Source: Alphaproteobacteria bacterium
GTDB taxonomy: Bacteria; Pseudomonadota; Alphaproteobacteria; GM7ARS4; G965262615
Direction of reading: 5' to 3'
Assembly (NCBI GenBank): GCA_965262615.1
Contig: OZ253545.1
Span: 832,001 to 896,000 of the forward strand
DNA: 64,000 nucleotides
The translations under genes were made by a program, and so were the position numbers. Below, in pieces: positions 9,910 through 20,896 of this stretch (position 1 is its first letter; every line of letters starts with the position of its first letter). The notes beneath the pieces are model-generated. The model made no database searches, had not been told where the DNA came from, and saw only the letters and a program-made list of their open reading frames with translations.

Positions 9910-10356
9910 ATGGTGCAGTCACTCCATATTGTATTGGGAAGCGACCATGCGGGCTTTGCGCTGAAGGAGGTCATCAAAGGCGCATTGCAGCGCGAGGGGT
10001 ATGGCTGTCATGATGTGGGCACGCACGATGAAGATTCGTGTGACTATCCGGTTTATGCCCATCGGGTTGCCGATGCGGTGGTGTCGTCATCCGATACGAT
10101 GGGCATTTTGGTGTGTGGCACGGGGCTGGGCATGAGCATGGCTGCCAATCGTCATAAGGCGGTGCGGGCGGCGGTGTGTCATGATGATGAATCGGCGCGC
10201 TTTGCGCGCGCTCATAATGATGCTAACATTCTGGCTCTTGGCTCGCGTTTGCTGGATGCCCAAACCGCACTTTCGTGTGTTCGGTGCTTTTTGCAAACCC
10301 AATTTGACGGCGGACGCCATCGCAAACGCATTCACGCCATTGAACTCAACCAATGA
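9910..10356 (+). CDS. rpiB: Ribose-5-phosphate isomerase B
   Basis: GSDHAG, CGTGLGMSMAANR, HNDANILALG, FDGGRH. Confidence 0.96.
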   Translation: MVQSLHIVLGSDHAGFALKEVIKGALQREGYGCHDVGTHDEDSCDYPVYAHRVADAVVSSSDTMGILVCGTGLGMSMAANRHKAVRAAVCHDDESARFARAHNDANILALGSRLLDAQTALSCVRCFLQTQFDGGRHRKRIHAIELNQ

Positions 10357-10374
10357 TCCCTCAAGGAGAAGACC

Positions 10375-11655
10375 ATGAATACCATGACGCATGATTTCTT
10401 TCATAAAGAACTGACAGACACAGCCGTGGTGGATGCCATTCGCGCCGAATATCAGCGACAAAGCGAACAGATTGAACTCATCGCATCGGAGAACATCGTC
10501 TCGCGCGCCGTGATGCAGGCACAGGGGACTTTGCTCACCAATAAGTACGCCGAGGGCTATCCGGGCAAGCGGTATTATGGCGGCTGTGCCCATGTGGATA
10601 CGGTGGAGGAACTGGCACGGGAGCGCATCATGCAATTGTTTGGCTGTTCTTATGCCAATGTGCAGCCTCATTCGGGCTCGCAGGCGAATCAGGCGGTGTT
10701 TTTGTCGTTGTTGCAACCGGGCGACACCATCATGGGCATGAGTCTGGCGGCGGGCGGACATCTCACGCATGGCTCGCCGCCCAATCAATCGGGAAAGTGG
10801 TTCAAGGCGGTCAATTACGGCGTGGATGATGCCAGTCACCGCATTGATTATGACGCGGTGGAGGAGCTCGCACAAAAAACCAAGCCACAATTGATTATTG
10901 CGGGGGGCTCTGCCTATGCGCGTCCCATTGATTTTGAGCGTTTCCGAGCCATTGCCGATGGGGTGGGGGCGTATTTTCTGGTTGATATGGCTCACTTTGC
11001 GGGATTGGTGGCGACAGGATTGCATCCTCATCCGTTTCCCCATGCTCATGTGGTGACTTCCACCACCCATAAAACTTTGCGGGGGCCTCGCGGCGGCATC
11101 ATTTTGTCCAATGACGAGGCACTGGGCAAAAAATTCAATTCGGCGGTTTTTCCGGGTTTGCAGGGAGGGCCTCTCATGCATGTGATTGCTGCCAAAGCGG
11201 TGGCATTTGGTGAGGCACTGTTGCCATCCTTCAAGGACTATATGGGGCAGGTGGTGGATAATGCGCGCTGCTTGGCTGAGGTGATGCAACAGCGCGGCTT
11301 AGATATTGTGAGCGGCGGCACCGATACCCATTTGATGCTGGTGGATTTGCGCCCTAAAGGGCTCAAAGGCAATCGCGTGGAAGATTCTCTGGAAGAGGCG
11401 GGCATCACCTGCAACAAGAACGGTGTCCCCGATGACCCCGAAAAGCCGATGGTGACTTCGGGCATCAGACTTGGCACGCCCGCTGGCACAACGCGCGGAT
11501 TTGGCATTGAGGAATTCACTCAAGTGGGCAATCTCATTGGTGATGTGCTGGATGGATTGCAACAATCCGATGACAATCACAAGGTGGAGAAACGCGTGCG
11601 GGCGGCGGTGCTGGAGTTGTGCCGACGCTTTCCTTTGTATTCTGAGGCGATGTGA
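10375..11655 (+). CDS. glyA: Serine hydroxymethyltransferase
   Basis: [32 protein letters not shown]; AAGGAG RBS. Confidence 0.98.
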   Translation: MNTMTHDFFHKELTDTAVVDAIRAEYQRQSEQIELIASENIVSRAVMQAQGTLLTNKYAEGYPGKRYYGGCAHVDTVEELARERIMQLFGCSYANVQPHSGSQANQAVFLSLLQPGDTIMGMSLAAGGHLTHGSPPNQSGKWFKAVNYGVDDASHRIDYDAVEELAQKTKPQLIIAGGSAYARPIDFERFRAIADGVGAYFLVDMAHFAGLVATGLHPHPFPHAHVVTSTTHKTLRGPRGGIILSNDEALGKKFNSAVFPGLQGGPLMHVIAAKAVAFGEALLPSFKDYMGQVVDNARCLAEVMQQRGLDIVSGGTDTHLMLVDLRPKGLKGNRVEDSLEEAGITCNKNGVPDDPEKPMVTSGIRLGTPAGTTRGFGIEEFTQVGNLIGDVLDGLQQSDDNHKVEKRVRAAVLELCRRFPLYSEAM

Positions 11656-11661
11656 TGCGTC

Positions 11662-12135
11662 ATGCTGTGTCCTCTGTGTGGTCATAAGGAGACTTCGGTT
11701 CTTGACTCTCGTCCTGCCGATCGCGGATGTTCCATCAGACGCAGGCGCAGCTGCGAGAACTGTGGCGGACGATTCACCACCTTTGAGCGTGTCCATTTGC
11801 GCGATATCTTGGTGGTTAAAAGTGACAACAGACGCGAACCCTTCAGCGGTGAGAAAATTGAAAAAAGCCTTCGCATCGCGTGTAACAAGCGTCCCATCAC
11901 CGAAGACATGATTCAACGCGCCGTGCATGATATTCAACGCAAACTAGAACAGGCAGGCGAGCATGAAGTCAAATCACGCACGGTGGGGGAATTGGTGATG
12001 CGCGCTTTGAGCGAGCTGGATGAGGTTGCCTATGTGCGTTTTGCATCCGTCTATCGTGATTTTAAGGAAGCGGGGGACTTCCATAGTTTTATAGAGCATG
12101 ATGTCTCACCCAGAAATGATTCTGCCAAGCGATGA
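11662..12135 (+). CDS. nrdR: Transcriptional repressor NrdR
   Basis: CPLC..DSR..IRRRRSCENC..RFTTFE, ATP-cone, VAYVRFASVY. Confidence 0.97.
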   Translation: MLCPLCGHKETSVLDSRPADRGCSIRRRRSCENCGGRFTTFERVHLRDILVVKSDNRREPFSGEKIEKSLRIACNKRPITEDMIQRAVHDIQRKLEQAGEHEVKSRTVGELVMRALSELDEVAYVRFASVYRDFKEAGDFHSFIEHDVSPRNDSAKR

Positions 12136-13198
12136 GAAATTGATGCGGGCGGCGGTGTCGCTGGCGCGTCGTGGTTTTGGACAGACACATCCCAACCCAT
12201 CGGTGGGGTGTGTGGTGGCATCTTGTGACGGCTCGGTGATTTATGGCGCGGCTCACACGGCACGAGGGGGCAGACCTCACGCCGAAGCACAAGCACTGGT
12301 TCAGGCGGGTGACCACGCCAAAGGCAGCACGGTGGCGGTGACGCTAGAGCCGTGTTGTCATCATGAAAAATCCTGTTCTGCTTTATTGGTGCAGGCGGGG
12401 GTGGCGCGCGTGGTGGTGGGAATCACCGATGATGACCCTCGCATGCAAGGAGAGGGCATTGACTCTATGCGCCGTCATGGCATTGAGGTGGTCATACCGT
12501 GTTGTGAGTCATTGGTGAATGTGGTGCATGGTGCGCATCGGTTGCGTCACAGGGAACACCGCCCCAGCATTACCTTGAAGACGGCTTTGTCCATTGATGG
12601 ACAGATGGCGGCGGGCGATGGCTCAAGTCAGTGGATCAGCGGTGACGATGCCAGACGCTATGGACATTTTCTGCGCTGTCGCCATGATGCCGTCATGATT
12701 GGCTCTGGCACATTGCGGCGTGATAATCCTCGCCTCACCGCTCGCATCGCAGGGGTGCGCCAGCCCATTCGCATTGTGCTGGGAGGAACTAAAAAACAGC
12801 TGGCAGCGTCTCATTTGAGCACGGACACCAAGAGCGCCCCCGTGTGGTGGATGACCCATCAGCCGCAATCGGTCAATGATGTCACGACTATTTCTCTGCC
12901 GCAAGGATTTTCCATCACGGATGTGTGTCACACATTGTATGAGCGCGGCATCACGCGCCTTTTGGTGGAGGGCGGGGCGCGTCTGGCATCATCGTTTTTG
13001 CGGGCGGGCGTGGTGGATCAATGGGTGGTGATGCGCGGCAGCATTGATTTAGGCGGCGGTGGCATTGCCATGAAGCAGAAGATTGAGTCTATGAGTGCGG
13101 CGCATCATTATGAGCGCGCGGCGACACGCATCATGGGAGACACGGTGATGACTCTGTATCATCCGCCTCACATGAAAACCAATCTGTGGGCGTTGTGA
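12116..13198 (+). CDS. ribD: Riboflavin biosynthesis deaminase/reductase RibD
   Basis: PNPSVGCV, HAE, TLEPC, LLVEGG; start uncertain. Confidence 0.93.
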   Translation: MILPSDEKLMRAAVSLARRGFGQTHPNPSVGCVVASCDGSVIYGAAHTARGGRPHAEAQALVQAGDHAKGSTVAVTLEPCCHHEKSCSALLVQAGVARVVVGITDDDPRMQGEGIDSMRRHGIEVVIPCCESLVNVVHGAHRLRHREHRPSITLKTALSIDGQMAAGDGSSQWISGDDARRYGHFLRCRHDAVMIGSGTLRRDNPRLTARIAGVRQPIRIVLGGTKKQLAASHLSTDTKSAPVWWMTHQPQSVNDVTTISLPQGFSITDVCHTLYERGITRLLVEGGARLASSFLRAGVVDQWVVMRGSIDLGGGGIAMKQKIESMSAAHHYERAATRIMGDTVMTLYHPPHMKTNLWAL

Positions 13199-13209
13199 GG
13201 GATTTGTGA

Positions 13210-13824
13210 ATGTTTGGCGGCGTTGTGCGAGTGATGGCGACCATTGAGCAGGTGCGGGATTCATCTGATGGGTCACCTGATGGGCGAGCGTTTGTCTTGG
13301 CGGCGCAATGGCAAGAATCTGACGCGCCGCAAAAGGGCGACTCCATTTGCTGTCATGGCATTTGTTTGAGTGTGGTGAAGGCGGGCAATGATTCCATCAC
13401 GGTGGAGGCGAGTTCCACCACATTGCAATGCACCACGGCGGCACGGTGGTGCGAGGGCGATGTCATTCACTGTGAGCGCGCTCTTGTGGTGGGAACAGAC
13501 CGACTGGAAGGACACATTCTTTTTGGGCATGTGGATGGCGTGGCGCAGGTGGTGGCGATGGAACAACAAGGAGACGGACGGTGCATGCAATTGCGTCTGC
13601 CGAACCAATTGATGCCGTTGATGGCGGCGCGCGGCTCGCTGGCGGTCAATGGCATTTCCCTCACCATTGCCGCGCTGAGTGATGATGACAGCACCGTCAC
13701 CTGTGCCTTGATTCCTCTCACCTGTCGCATGACCACGCTGGCGCGTCTTGAAGTGGGGGATGATGTGAACATTGAAGCCGATATGATTGCCCGCTATGTG
13801 GCGCGCGCGAGGAATTTCTCATGA
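13210..13824 (+). CDS. ribE: Riboflavin synthase
   Basis: MFGGVV, GDSI..GICLSV, GHVDG, VNIEADMIARYV. Confidence 0.9.
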   Translation: MFGGVVRVMATIEQVRDSSDGSPDGRAFVLAAQWQESDAPQKGDSICCHGICLSVVKAGNDSITVEASSTTLQCTTAARWCEGDVIHCERALVVGTDRLEGHILFGHVDGVAQVVAMEQQGDGRCMQLRLPNQLMPLMAARGSLAVNGISLTIAALSDDDSTVTCALIPLTCRMTTLARLEVGDDVNIEADMIARYVARARNFS

Positions 13825-14900
13825 CATGGGCATCACTGGATGAGACGCTTGCGCGTCTGCAGGCGGGGGGCATGGTGATTTTAACCGATGATGAGGCGCG
13901 CGAAAATGAAGGTGATTTGGTGGTGGCGGCGCAATACGCCGATGCCTCGGTGATTAATTTCATGGCGCGCTACGGGCGCGGCTTGATTTGTCTGGCGTTG
14001 GATGAAACCCGTGTGACGCAGTTGGATTTGCCGTTGATGGCGGCGCGCAATCGCTCTCGTCATGGCACGGCGTTCACGGTGTCCATTGAGGCGCGCGAGG
14101 GCATCACCACGGGCATTTCGGCGGCTGACAGAGCTCGCACCATTGCGGTCGCCATTGATGACCAATGCACCAGCGATGACCTTGTGAGCCCTGGGCATAT
14201 TTTTCCTCTGGTGGCGGCGCGCGGCGGCGTGTTGGTGCGGGCGGGACACACCGAAGCCGCCGTTGATTTGGCACGGGCGGCTCGGCTCAATCCCAGTGGT
14301 GTCATTTGTGAAATCATGAATGATGATGGCACGATGGCGCGCCACACAGACCTCATGGCATTTGCCGAGACTCACCGACTGCCGATGGCGCGCATCTCCG
14401 ACCTCATCGCATGGCGGCTCGCCCATGAGGAGCACATTCGCTGCACCCATGAAGAGGATTTTCACGCGCGCGATGGCGGGCGATTTCGCCTCAAACAATT
14501 CACCGATGACATCGCTCACGGCACTCATGTGGCATTGATCAAGGGCGATATAAAGCCCGATGGCGATGTGCGGGTGCGGGTGCAGGGATTGAGTGGAATG
14601 ACCGATGTGGTGGAGCTTTTGCGTTTTGAGGCAAAACAATACGGCATGGCGGCGTTGCCCATGGCGTGTCGGCACATTGAGCGTCATGGCGCGGGCGTTA
14701 TTTTGCTCATTGACCATGATCAAACAGCGAGTCAGCAACAGGAGGGGGATGGTTTGCGTCACTATGGCATTGGGGCGCAGATTTTGCGTCATTTGGGAGT
14801 CAGCCGCATGGTGTTGCTCACCAATCACCAGACTCACATTCACGGGTTGGAGGGCTTTGGCTTGACAATCATCAAGCGTCAGCCTCTTAATGAATCATGA
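13821..14900 (+). CDS. ribB: DHBP synthase RibB fused to a degenerate GTP cyclohydrolase II domain
   Basis: RENEGDL, TTGISAADRA, GHTEAAVDL; C-terminal domain lacks the zinc-binding cysteines. Confidence 0.92.
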   Translation: MTWASLDETLARLQAGGMVILTDDEARENEGDLVVAAQYADASVINFMARYGRGLICLALDETRVTQLDLPLMAARNRSRHGTAFTVSIEAREGITTGISAADRARTIAVAIDDQCTSDDLVSPGHIFPLVAARGGVLVRAGHTEAAVDLARAARLNPSGVICEIMNDDGTMARHTDLMAFAETHRLPMARISDLIAWRLAHEEHIRCTHEEDFHARDGGRFRLKQFTDDIAHGTHVALIKGDIKPDGDVRVRVQGLSGMTDVVELLRFEAKQYGMAALPMACRHIERHGAGVILLIDHDQTASQQQEGDGLRHYGIGAQILRHLGVSRMVLLTNHQTHIHGLEGFGLTIIKRQPLNES

Positions 14901-15307
14901 AGCCCATTTTGGTGGTCACCGCTTCTTTTTATCGCAAGATTGTCGCATCCCTCTATGATGCCGCCGCCGAGCAGTTGCGTGACCATTCTCTCACCCGCAT
15001 TGATGTGGCGGGAGCGTGGGAAATTCCTGTGGCACTGGCCCATCACATGAACACAAAACGCTATGAGGGCGCGCTGGCGTTGGGATGTGTGATTCGCGGC
15101 GAGACCGACCACTATCATTATATCTGTCACCATGTGAGCGGCCAGCTGGCACAGCTGGCGGTGCATCATGATTGGGTGATGACGCAGGGCATTATTATGG
15201 CACATTCCCGCAAGCAAGCCGAGCAGCGCGCCCGCCATGATGATGCCAACTACGGACGCAAAGCCGCCAAAGCATGGCGAGCCTTGCATCAGGCGATTCA
15301 TGGCTAA
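14897..15307 (+). CDS. ribH: 6,7-dimethyl-8-ribityllumazine synthase
   Basis: VAGAWEIP, LGCVIRGETDHY. Confidence 0.92.
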   Translation: MKPILVVTASFYRKIVASLYDAAAEQLRDHSLTRIDVAGAWEIPVALAHHMNTKRYEGALALGCVIRGETDHYHYICHHVSGQLAQLAVHHDWVMTQGIIMAHSRKQAEQRARHDDANYGRKAAKAWRALHQAIHG

Positions 15308-15683
15308 AGGCACTTCGCGTCATGCCACCCGGCGCATTGCGGTGCAGTGTCTCTATCAGGCATTGGTGCAGCAAGAGGCGCGCCCCCTCAAAGCCGATGC
15401 CATCATGGAGGATTATCTTGCATGGCGCGCCCGCCAAACCCCCAAGCCGCCGGTGCAGCTGTCGTTTTTGCAAAAAATCATTTTTGAGGCGGCACGGCAA
15501 AAAGATGACGAGACATCTCTTTCCGTCACCGCTCGCGCCATCATCATGGCGGCGCGCAGTGAACTGGCGGCAGACACCATCTCCACCCCGCGCGCCGTGG
15601 TGTTGAGTGAATATGTCACACTCGCCGCTCAGTTGTGTGACGATGGCGAGGTCGCCGTCATCAACGGATGTTTGGACTCATGA
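15300..15683 (+). CDS. nusB: Transcription antitermination factor NusB, short and divergent
   Basis: RRIAVQCLYQ, VVLSEYV.LA, INGCLD; between ribH and thiL. Confidence 0.75.
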   Translation: MAKGTSRHATRRIAVQCLYQALVQQEARPLKADAIMEDYLAWRARQTPKPPVQLSFLQKIIFEAARQKDDETSLSVTARAIIMAARSELAADTISTPRAVVLSEYVTLAAQLCDDGEVAVINGCLDS

Positions 15684-16633
15684 AGGAATTTGAGCGGGAA
15701 TTTGAGTGGATTGACCGCTATTTCAAACCTTTGGCTCACGATGATGAGGCATACACCTCGTTCAATCTCAGTGATGACGGCGCGCTGCTGGATGGTCATG
15801 TTGTTGTGACGGATTCTCTTTTTGAGGGAACGCATTTTTTGGCGAATGATGACCCCGAACAAGTGGCGCGTTTGTTGAGCCGAGTGAATGTGTCTGATTG
15901 TGCGGCGATGGGGGCGCGTCCGTTGTGTTACTGGCTCAATGTGGGCGTGCCGCGTGTCTCGGCTCAGCGATGGATGGAAGCTCTGGCGCGTGGATTGGCA
16001 CATGAGCAAAAAATCTACGGCATGACTCTGATGGGAGGCGATTGCGGCGTGGTGTCACAGCATGTGGCACTCTCCATGACGCTGGTGGGGCATCTGGAGG
16101 GGCGCGCTGTGCGCCGCAGTGGGGTGCAGCCCAATGATGTGATTGCCGTCACAGGCACGCTGGGCGATGGCGGATTTGCGTGGCATCTGGCAAGCGGCGG
16201 GCAGGACGATGGCGATTGCGATTTTTTTCATCGCGCCCGATTGCTGCCCTCGCCTCCCGTCACCTTTGCCACACAGGCGGCGCATGTGCTGCATGGCGCG
16301 GTGGATGTCTCGGACGGTCTGTGGGCGGATATCACTCATCTTGCCACCGCCAGTGGCGTTGGAATTGATATCAGGTTGGAGGACTTGCCTCTGTCGCCAC
16401 AGCTCATCCAAGCCGTTGCCCTTGATGATGCCTATCAATACGCCTTGACGGGCGGCGGCGATTATCAATTGGTTGTGGCGGTGGCGCGTGACAATTGGCA
16501 ACAGCTGAAAACCATCGCACAAAACAATCAGGTGACCATCACGCCAATTGGTGCGGCGCGCAAAGGCAAAGGGGTCACATTGCAGCATGGGCGACTCGCC
16601 GAATTTCATCGGACGGGCTTTCAGCATTTTTGA
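15680..16633 (+). CDS. thiL: Thiamine-monophosphate kinase
   Basis: EFEWI..YF, DDGALL, VNVSDCAAMGA, DVSDGL, GGGDYQL. Confidence 0.94.
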   Translation: MKEFEREFEWIDRYFKPLAHDDEAYTSFNLSDDGALLDGHVVVTDSLFEGTHFLANDDPEQVARLLSRVNVSDCAAMGARPLCYWLNVGVPRVSAQRWMEALARGLAHEQKIYGMTLMGGDCGVVSQHVALSMTLVGHLEGRAVRRSGVQPNDVIAVTGTLGDGGFAWHLASGGQDDGDCDFFHRARLLPSPPVTFATQAAHVLHGAVDVSDGLWADITHLATASGVGIDIRLEDLPLSPQLIQAVALDDAYQYALTGGGDYQLVVAVARDNWQQLKTIAQNNQVTITPIGAARKGKGVTLQHGRLAEFHRTGFQHF

Positions 16634-16723
16634 TGCGCGCCTCTTGTCATTGCCTCTTGTCATTGTGTCTTGCTTTTGGCATGGTGACGGCATCAATTCA
16701 GCAATTCAAAAGGAGTTTTGTTT

Positions 16724-18847
16724 ATGCACCATGTTCTTCCCGTTTATGATCTTATGACTTTGGTTTTTCTGTGTGGCGTGGCAGCCCTCGTGTTTGGCGG
16801 CTGGCTGATTAGGTCTGTGATGGCTTTGCCCAGTGGCGATAAAAAAATGCTTGCCATTGGCTCTGCCATTCAGGAAGGTGCGGCGGCTTATTTGCAGCGT
16901 CAATACACCACAATTGCTGTTGTGGGGGTTGCGGTGGGCATTGTGATTGCACTCACTTTGGGTGTGTATGCGGCGGGTGGTTATGTTTTGGGTGCGGTGC
17001 TGTCGGGCTTGGCGGGATTCATCGGGATGCATGTTTCTGTGCGCGCCAACATGCGTACCGCTCAAGCCGCTCGCAAGGGACTGGCTCAAGGACTCTCGGT
17101 GGCGTTTCGTTCTGGTGCGGTCACGGGATTGCTCGTCGTGGGATTGGGACTGCTGGGAATTGTTTCCTACTATCTTTTTTTGCAGGAACATCTCAACATG
17201 GCTCATGATCCATCAGCATTGCGTGAAATTTTGGAATCTCTCATCGCTATGAGTTTTGGCGCGTCTCTGATTTCCATCTTTGCTCGCTTGGGCGGGGGTA
17301 TTTTCACCAAAGGTGCGGATGTGGGCGCGGATTTGGTGGGAAAAATTGAAGCGGGAATTCCCGAAGATGACCCTCGCAATCCCGCCGTCATTGCCGATAA
17401 TGTGGGCGACAATGTGGGCGACTGCGCCGGCATGGCGGCTGACCTTTTTGAAACCTACATCGTCACGCTGGTTGCCACCATGCTGATGGCTGCCATCACC
17501 TTCAGTGCGCCGCCCGCGCAAATCATCATGATGAACTATCCTTTGGTGATTGGTGCGGTGTGCATCATTGCCTCCATCGTGGGATGCCTTGCCGTGCGCT
17601 TGGGGCGCAGCAAAAATGTCATGGCAGCTTTGACCAAAGGATTTCTTGTGAGTGCCATTTTATCCGCCATTTTGATCGCCATCGCCACCGACTATGCCGT
17701 GGGCTTGAGTGCCGTCTATGGCATTGATGGCTCGTCATCGTTGAGTGGCTGGCACTTGGTGTGGGCGGCTTGGGTCGGACTCGCCGTGACCGCTCTCATC
17801 GTTCGGATTACCGAATACTACACCGGAACCGATTATCGTCCCGTTCGCTCCGTTGCGGGGGCATCACAGACGGGGCACGCCACCAACATCATTCAAGGGC
17901 TTGCCGTCTCTATGGAAGCCACCGCATTGCCTGTGGTGATTATTTGTCTGGGCATTTTGGTGTCCCATTTGGTGGCGGGAATTTTTGGCATTGCGGTTGC
18001 CGCCACAGCCATGCTGGCGTTGGCGGGCATGGTGGTGGCGTTGGATGCCTACGGTCCTGTCACCGACAATGCCGGTGGTATTGCCGAGATGGCACAGCTG
18101 CCCAGCAATGTGCGTGAGACCACCGATGCTTTGGATGCCGTGGGCAACACCACCAAAGCCGTCACCAAAGGCTATGCCATCGGCTCGGCGGGATTGGCGG
18201 CAGTGGTGCTCTTTTCCGCTTACACCCATGATGCAGGGCATTACTTCCCCGACATCACCCTCTCTTTTGAACTGATTGACCCCTATGTGGTGGTGGGACT
18301 GTTCATCGGCGGCTTGCTGCCCTATCTGTTTGGTGCGATGAGCATGATGGCGGTGGGCAAAGCGGCGGCGGCGGTGGTGCAAGAGGTGCGCCATCAATTC
18401 AAGACCATCAAGGGAATCATGCAGGGCAAAGCCAAGCCCGCCTATGGCAAGGCGGTGGATATTCTCACCAAAGCCGCCATCAAAGAAATGATGCTGCCGT
18501 CATTGTTGCCCGTTGCCGCGCCTTTTGTTGTGTTCGGTGTCATTCATCTCATTGCTGGCGAAGCCGCCGCTCTCACCACACTGGGCGCATTGCTGTTGGG
18601 CACGATTGTCACGGGGCTGTTTCTTGCCATCTCCATGACTTCGGGCGGTGGCGCATGGGACAACGCCAAAAAATACATTGAAGATGGAAATCTGGGAGGC
18701 AAAGGCTCGGACAGTCACAAAGCCGCCGTCACCGGAGATACCGTGGGTGACCCCTATAAAGACACCGCGGGCCCTGCCATCAATCCCATGATTAAAATCA
18801 TCAATATTGTCGCCTTGTTGCTGCTTGCCACACTGGGTCATGGCTGA
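16724..18847 (+). CDS. hppA: Membrane-bound pyrophosphatase, predicted K+-independent H+-PPase
   Basis: [26 protein letters not shown] (Lys at the K+-dependence site), [10 protein letters not shown]; AAGGAG RBS. Confidence 0.96.
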   Translation: MHHVLPVYDLMTLVFLCGVAALVFGGWLIRSVMALPSGDKKMLAIGSAIQEGAAAYLQRQYTTIAVVGVAVGIVIALTLGVYAAGGYVLGAVLSGLAGFIGMHVSVRANMRTAQAARKGLAQGLSVAFRSGAVTGLLVVGLGLLGIVSYYLFLQEHLNMAHDPSALREILESLIAMSFGASLISIFARLGGGIFTKGADVGADLVGKIEAGIPEDDPRNPAVIADNVGDNVGDCAGMAADLFETYIVTLVATMLMAAITFSAPPAQIIMMNYPLVIGAVCIIASIVGCLAVRLGRSKNVMAALTKGFLVSAILSAILIAIATDYAVGLSAVYGIDGSSSLSGWHLVWAAWVGLAVTALIVRITEYYTGTDYRPVRSVAGASQTGHATNIIQGLAVSMEATALPVVIICLGILVSHLVAGIFGIAVAATAMLALAGMVVALDAYGPVTDNAGGIAEMAQLPSNVRETTDALDAVGNTTKAVTKGYAIGSAGLAAVVLFSAYTHDAGHYFPDITLSFELIDPYVVVGLFIGGLLPYLFGAMSMMAVGKAAAAVVQEVRHQFKTIKGIMQGKAKPAYGKAVDILTKAAIKEMMLPSLLPVAAPFVVFGVIHLIAGEAAALTTLGALLLGTIVTGLFLAISMTSGGGAWDNAKKYIEDGNLGGKGSDSHKAAVTGDTVGDPYKDTAGPAINPMIKIINIVALLLLATLGHG

Positions 18848-19631
18848 TGGCTTGCGTCTGACAGCGTCATCGCGCATCCTCATCACCAACGATGATGGCA
18901 TTGACGCAAGAGGCATCACGGCATTGGAGACAGTGGCGCGCTCTCTCAGCGATGATGTGTGGGTGGTTGCCCCTCGCCGTGAGCAAAGCGGCATGAGCCA
19001 TGCTTTGACGCTTCGTCACCCCATCCGTTTTGAGCCCGTGGGTGAGCGGCGGTATGTTGTTGATGGCACGCCCAGTGATGGCATTTTTATCGCCATGCGC
19101 CATTTGTTTGCAACCCACAAGCCTGACTTGGTGCTGTCGGGATTCAATGAAGGTGTCAATGTGGGCAATGATGTCATTTATTCCGCCACTGTGGCGGCGG
19201 CGCGCGAGGCTGCCTTCATGGGAATCCCTGCGTTGGCACTCAGTCAAGCGATGGGGGACAATCACACTTATGATTTTTCTCTTGCCTCCACCACCCTTCC
19301 TGTTTTGCTGCGTCAATTGGAGGGCTATGACTTTCCCCATCACATGGTGCTCAATGTGAATTTTCCTCAGCCATCGGCAAAAGAGGCGCGCATGGAGCTG
19401 TGTCCCCATGGCTTGGATGTGCGTGTCGCCGACATGGAGCAGCGTCATGACCCCAGAGGCGTGCCGTATTTTTGGATTGGCATCGCGCACCATCTCAAGC
19501 ACAGCGATGAGAACAGTGACATTGCGGCATTGGCGCGCGGCAACATCGCCATCTCGCCCTTAGCGTCTCATTTGAACCAAGCACACACACTCAAAGCACT
19601 CGCCGACTTTATGCCTTCATCGCTTGTCTGA
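18840..19631 (+). CDS. surE: 5'/3'-nucleotidase SurE
   Basis: [29 protein letters not shown]. Confidence 0.94.
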   Translation: MADGLRLTASSRILITNDDGIDARGITALETVARSLSDDVWVVAPRREQSGMSHALTLRHPIRFEPVGERRYVVDGTPSDGIFIAMRHLFATHKPDLVLSGFNEGVNVGNDVIYSATVAAAREAAFMGIPALALSQAMGDNHTYDFSLASTTLPVLLRQLEGYDFPHHMVLNVNFPQPSAKEARMELCPHGLDVRVADMEQRHDPRGVPYFWIGIAHHLKHSDENSDIAALARGNIAISPLASHLNQAHTLKALADFMPSSLV

Positions 19632-19658
19632 TGGCTCGCTATCCAGTATCCTTGTGAG

Positions 19659-20588
19659 ATGAAAAACACTGTTTTCCTGTTTGTGTGTGTGTTGGTGGGA
19701 TGGTCTTGTGCACCCAAAGAGCCTCCCACTTTTGCCTCTGTCGCCATTGAAGATTTATTGCCCCCTTCCTCCAGCTATGAACAAAAACCAGAGCCAGAAA
19801 TAGTGTCAGAAGTGGATGTGTCTCCCGAAGTTGATGCGCCGCCACCGCAAGGTCAATTGATGCAAGAAATCACCGTCCGTCTTGGCGATACTCTGTGGAG
19901 CTTGTCGCAGCTGCATCGGTTGTCGGTGGACCGATTGATTGACATCAATGGACTTGAAGACCCCTACAATATTTTTGAAGGAGACATATTGCTCGTGCCC
20001 AAAAAGGATGAGCCTCAGGTTGCTCCAATAGCTCAAACATACAGGGTGCAAACGGGGGATACATTTTACAGCATCGCCCGCCGTCATGGCGTTTCTTTGT
20101 CTCATGTGTGGCAAGCCAATGGCATGAGTGAAAGCACCATCCTGCGAGAAGGAATGGTGTTGACCATTCCCGCCAAAGGGATGATGGTGTCGCCACCACA
20201 AAAGGAGATGACGGCGTCATCGGTTTTTGTTTTTCCCGTTCATGAACTGCTTGAGCCGCGCAATTTTCCCAGTGGTGATGAGGGAATGGACATCGTCACC
20301 CGCCGTGGCGCGGCGGTGCGCTCCATCGCCGAGGGCGATGTGATTTATGCCGGTAACGATGTGGAGGGATATGGCAATTTGTTGCTGATTCGCCACAACG
20401 ATGGATGGGTGTCGGCGTATGGTCACAATGAATCGCTGATGGTGGGTGAGGGCGATCGCGTCATGCGAGGGCAAACCATTGCTCGTGCGGGAACATCCGG
20501 TTCATCGGACATTGCCGAGCTCTATTTTGAATTGCGCCGTTATAATCGTGTGGTCAATCCGCGTCCCTATTTAGAACCATCACCGTGA
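19659..20588 (+). CDS. nlpD: NlpD-like lipoprotein, two LysM domains plus degenerate M23
   Basis: Lipobox WSC; GDTLWSLS and GDTFYSIA LysMs; YGNLLLIRH; zinc ligands degenerate. Confidence 0.82.
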   Translation: MKNTVFLFVCVLVGWSCAPKEPPTFASVAIEDLLPPSSSYEQKPEPEIVSEVDVSPEVDAPPPQGQLMQEITVRLGDTLWSLSQLHRLSVDRLIDINGLEDPYNIFEGDILLVPKKDEPQVAPIAQTYRVQTGDTFYSIARRHGVSLSHVWQANGMSESTILREGMVLTIPAKGMMVSPPQKEMTASSVFVFPVHELLEPRNFPSGDEGMDIVTRRGAAVRSIAEGDVIYAGNDVEGYGNLLLIRHNDGWVSAYGHNESLMVGEGDRVMRGQTIARAGTSGSSDIAELYFELRRYNRVVNPRPYLEPSP

Positions 20589-20896
20589 CGGCGGCTTTGC
20601 GCCCAATTCCGAGCACTTCTGCCTGATCGTCCCCAATTTATTGCCCATTGGTCGGCATCCTCATACCACTCGCCCTCATCGCCATCAAGGTCACACAAGG
20701 CGGCGTGATGTCGCACCATTTTCGGGTGGTCAATCCGTGTCCCTATTTAGAACCATCACCATGACGGCGGCTTTGCGCCCAATTCCTAGCACTTCTGCCT
20801 GAGCGTCCCCGATTTATTGCCCATTGGTCGGCATCCTCATACCACTCGCCCTCATCGCCATCAAGGTCACACAAGGCGGCATGATGCCGCACCATT
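20550..20896. repeat. 176-bp tandem duplication of the convergent nlpD / DUF815 3'-end junction
   Basis: Copies start at 20550 and 20726; 7 mismatches counted over about 171 bp. Confidence 0.95.

Noticed and set aside
10087-11289. Long antisense ORFs (also 13881-14843, 39339-40589, 42910-43821, 61005-61844)
   Set aside because: Shadow frames opposite well-supported genes, with no recognisable motifs.
13821-14900. Inactive GTP cyclohydrolase II half of RibB, degenerate M23 of NlpD and degenerate PHP of DnaE as novelties
   Set aside because: All are well-known states of these families in proteobacteria.
20550-20896. Near-identical pair as a DGR template/variable repeat
   Set aside because: Mismatches are not adenine-specific on either strand and there is no reverse transcriptase in the window.
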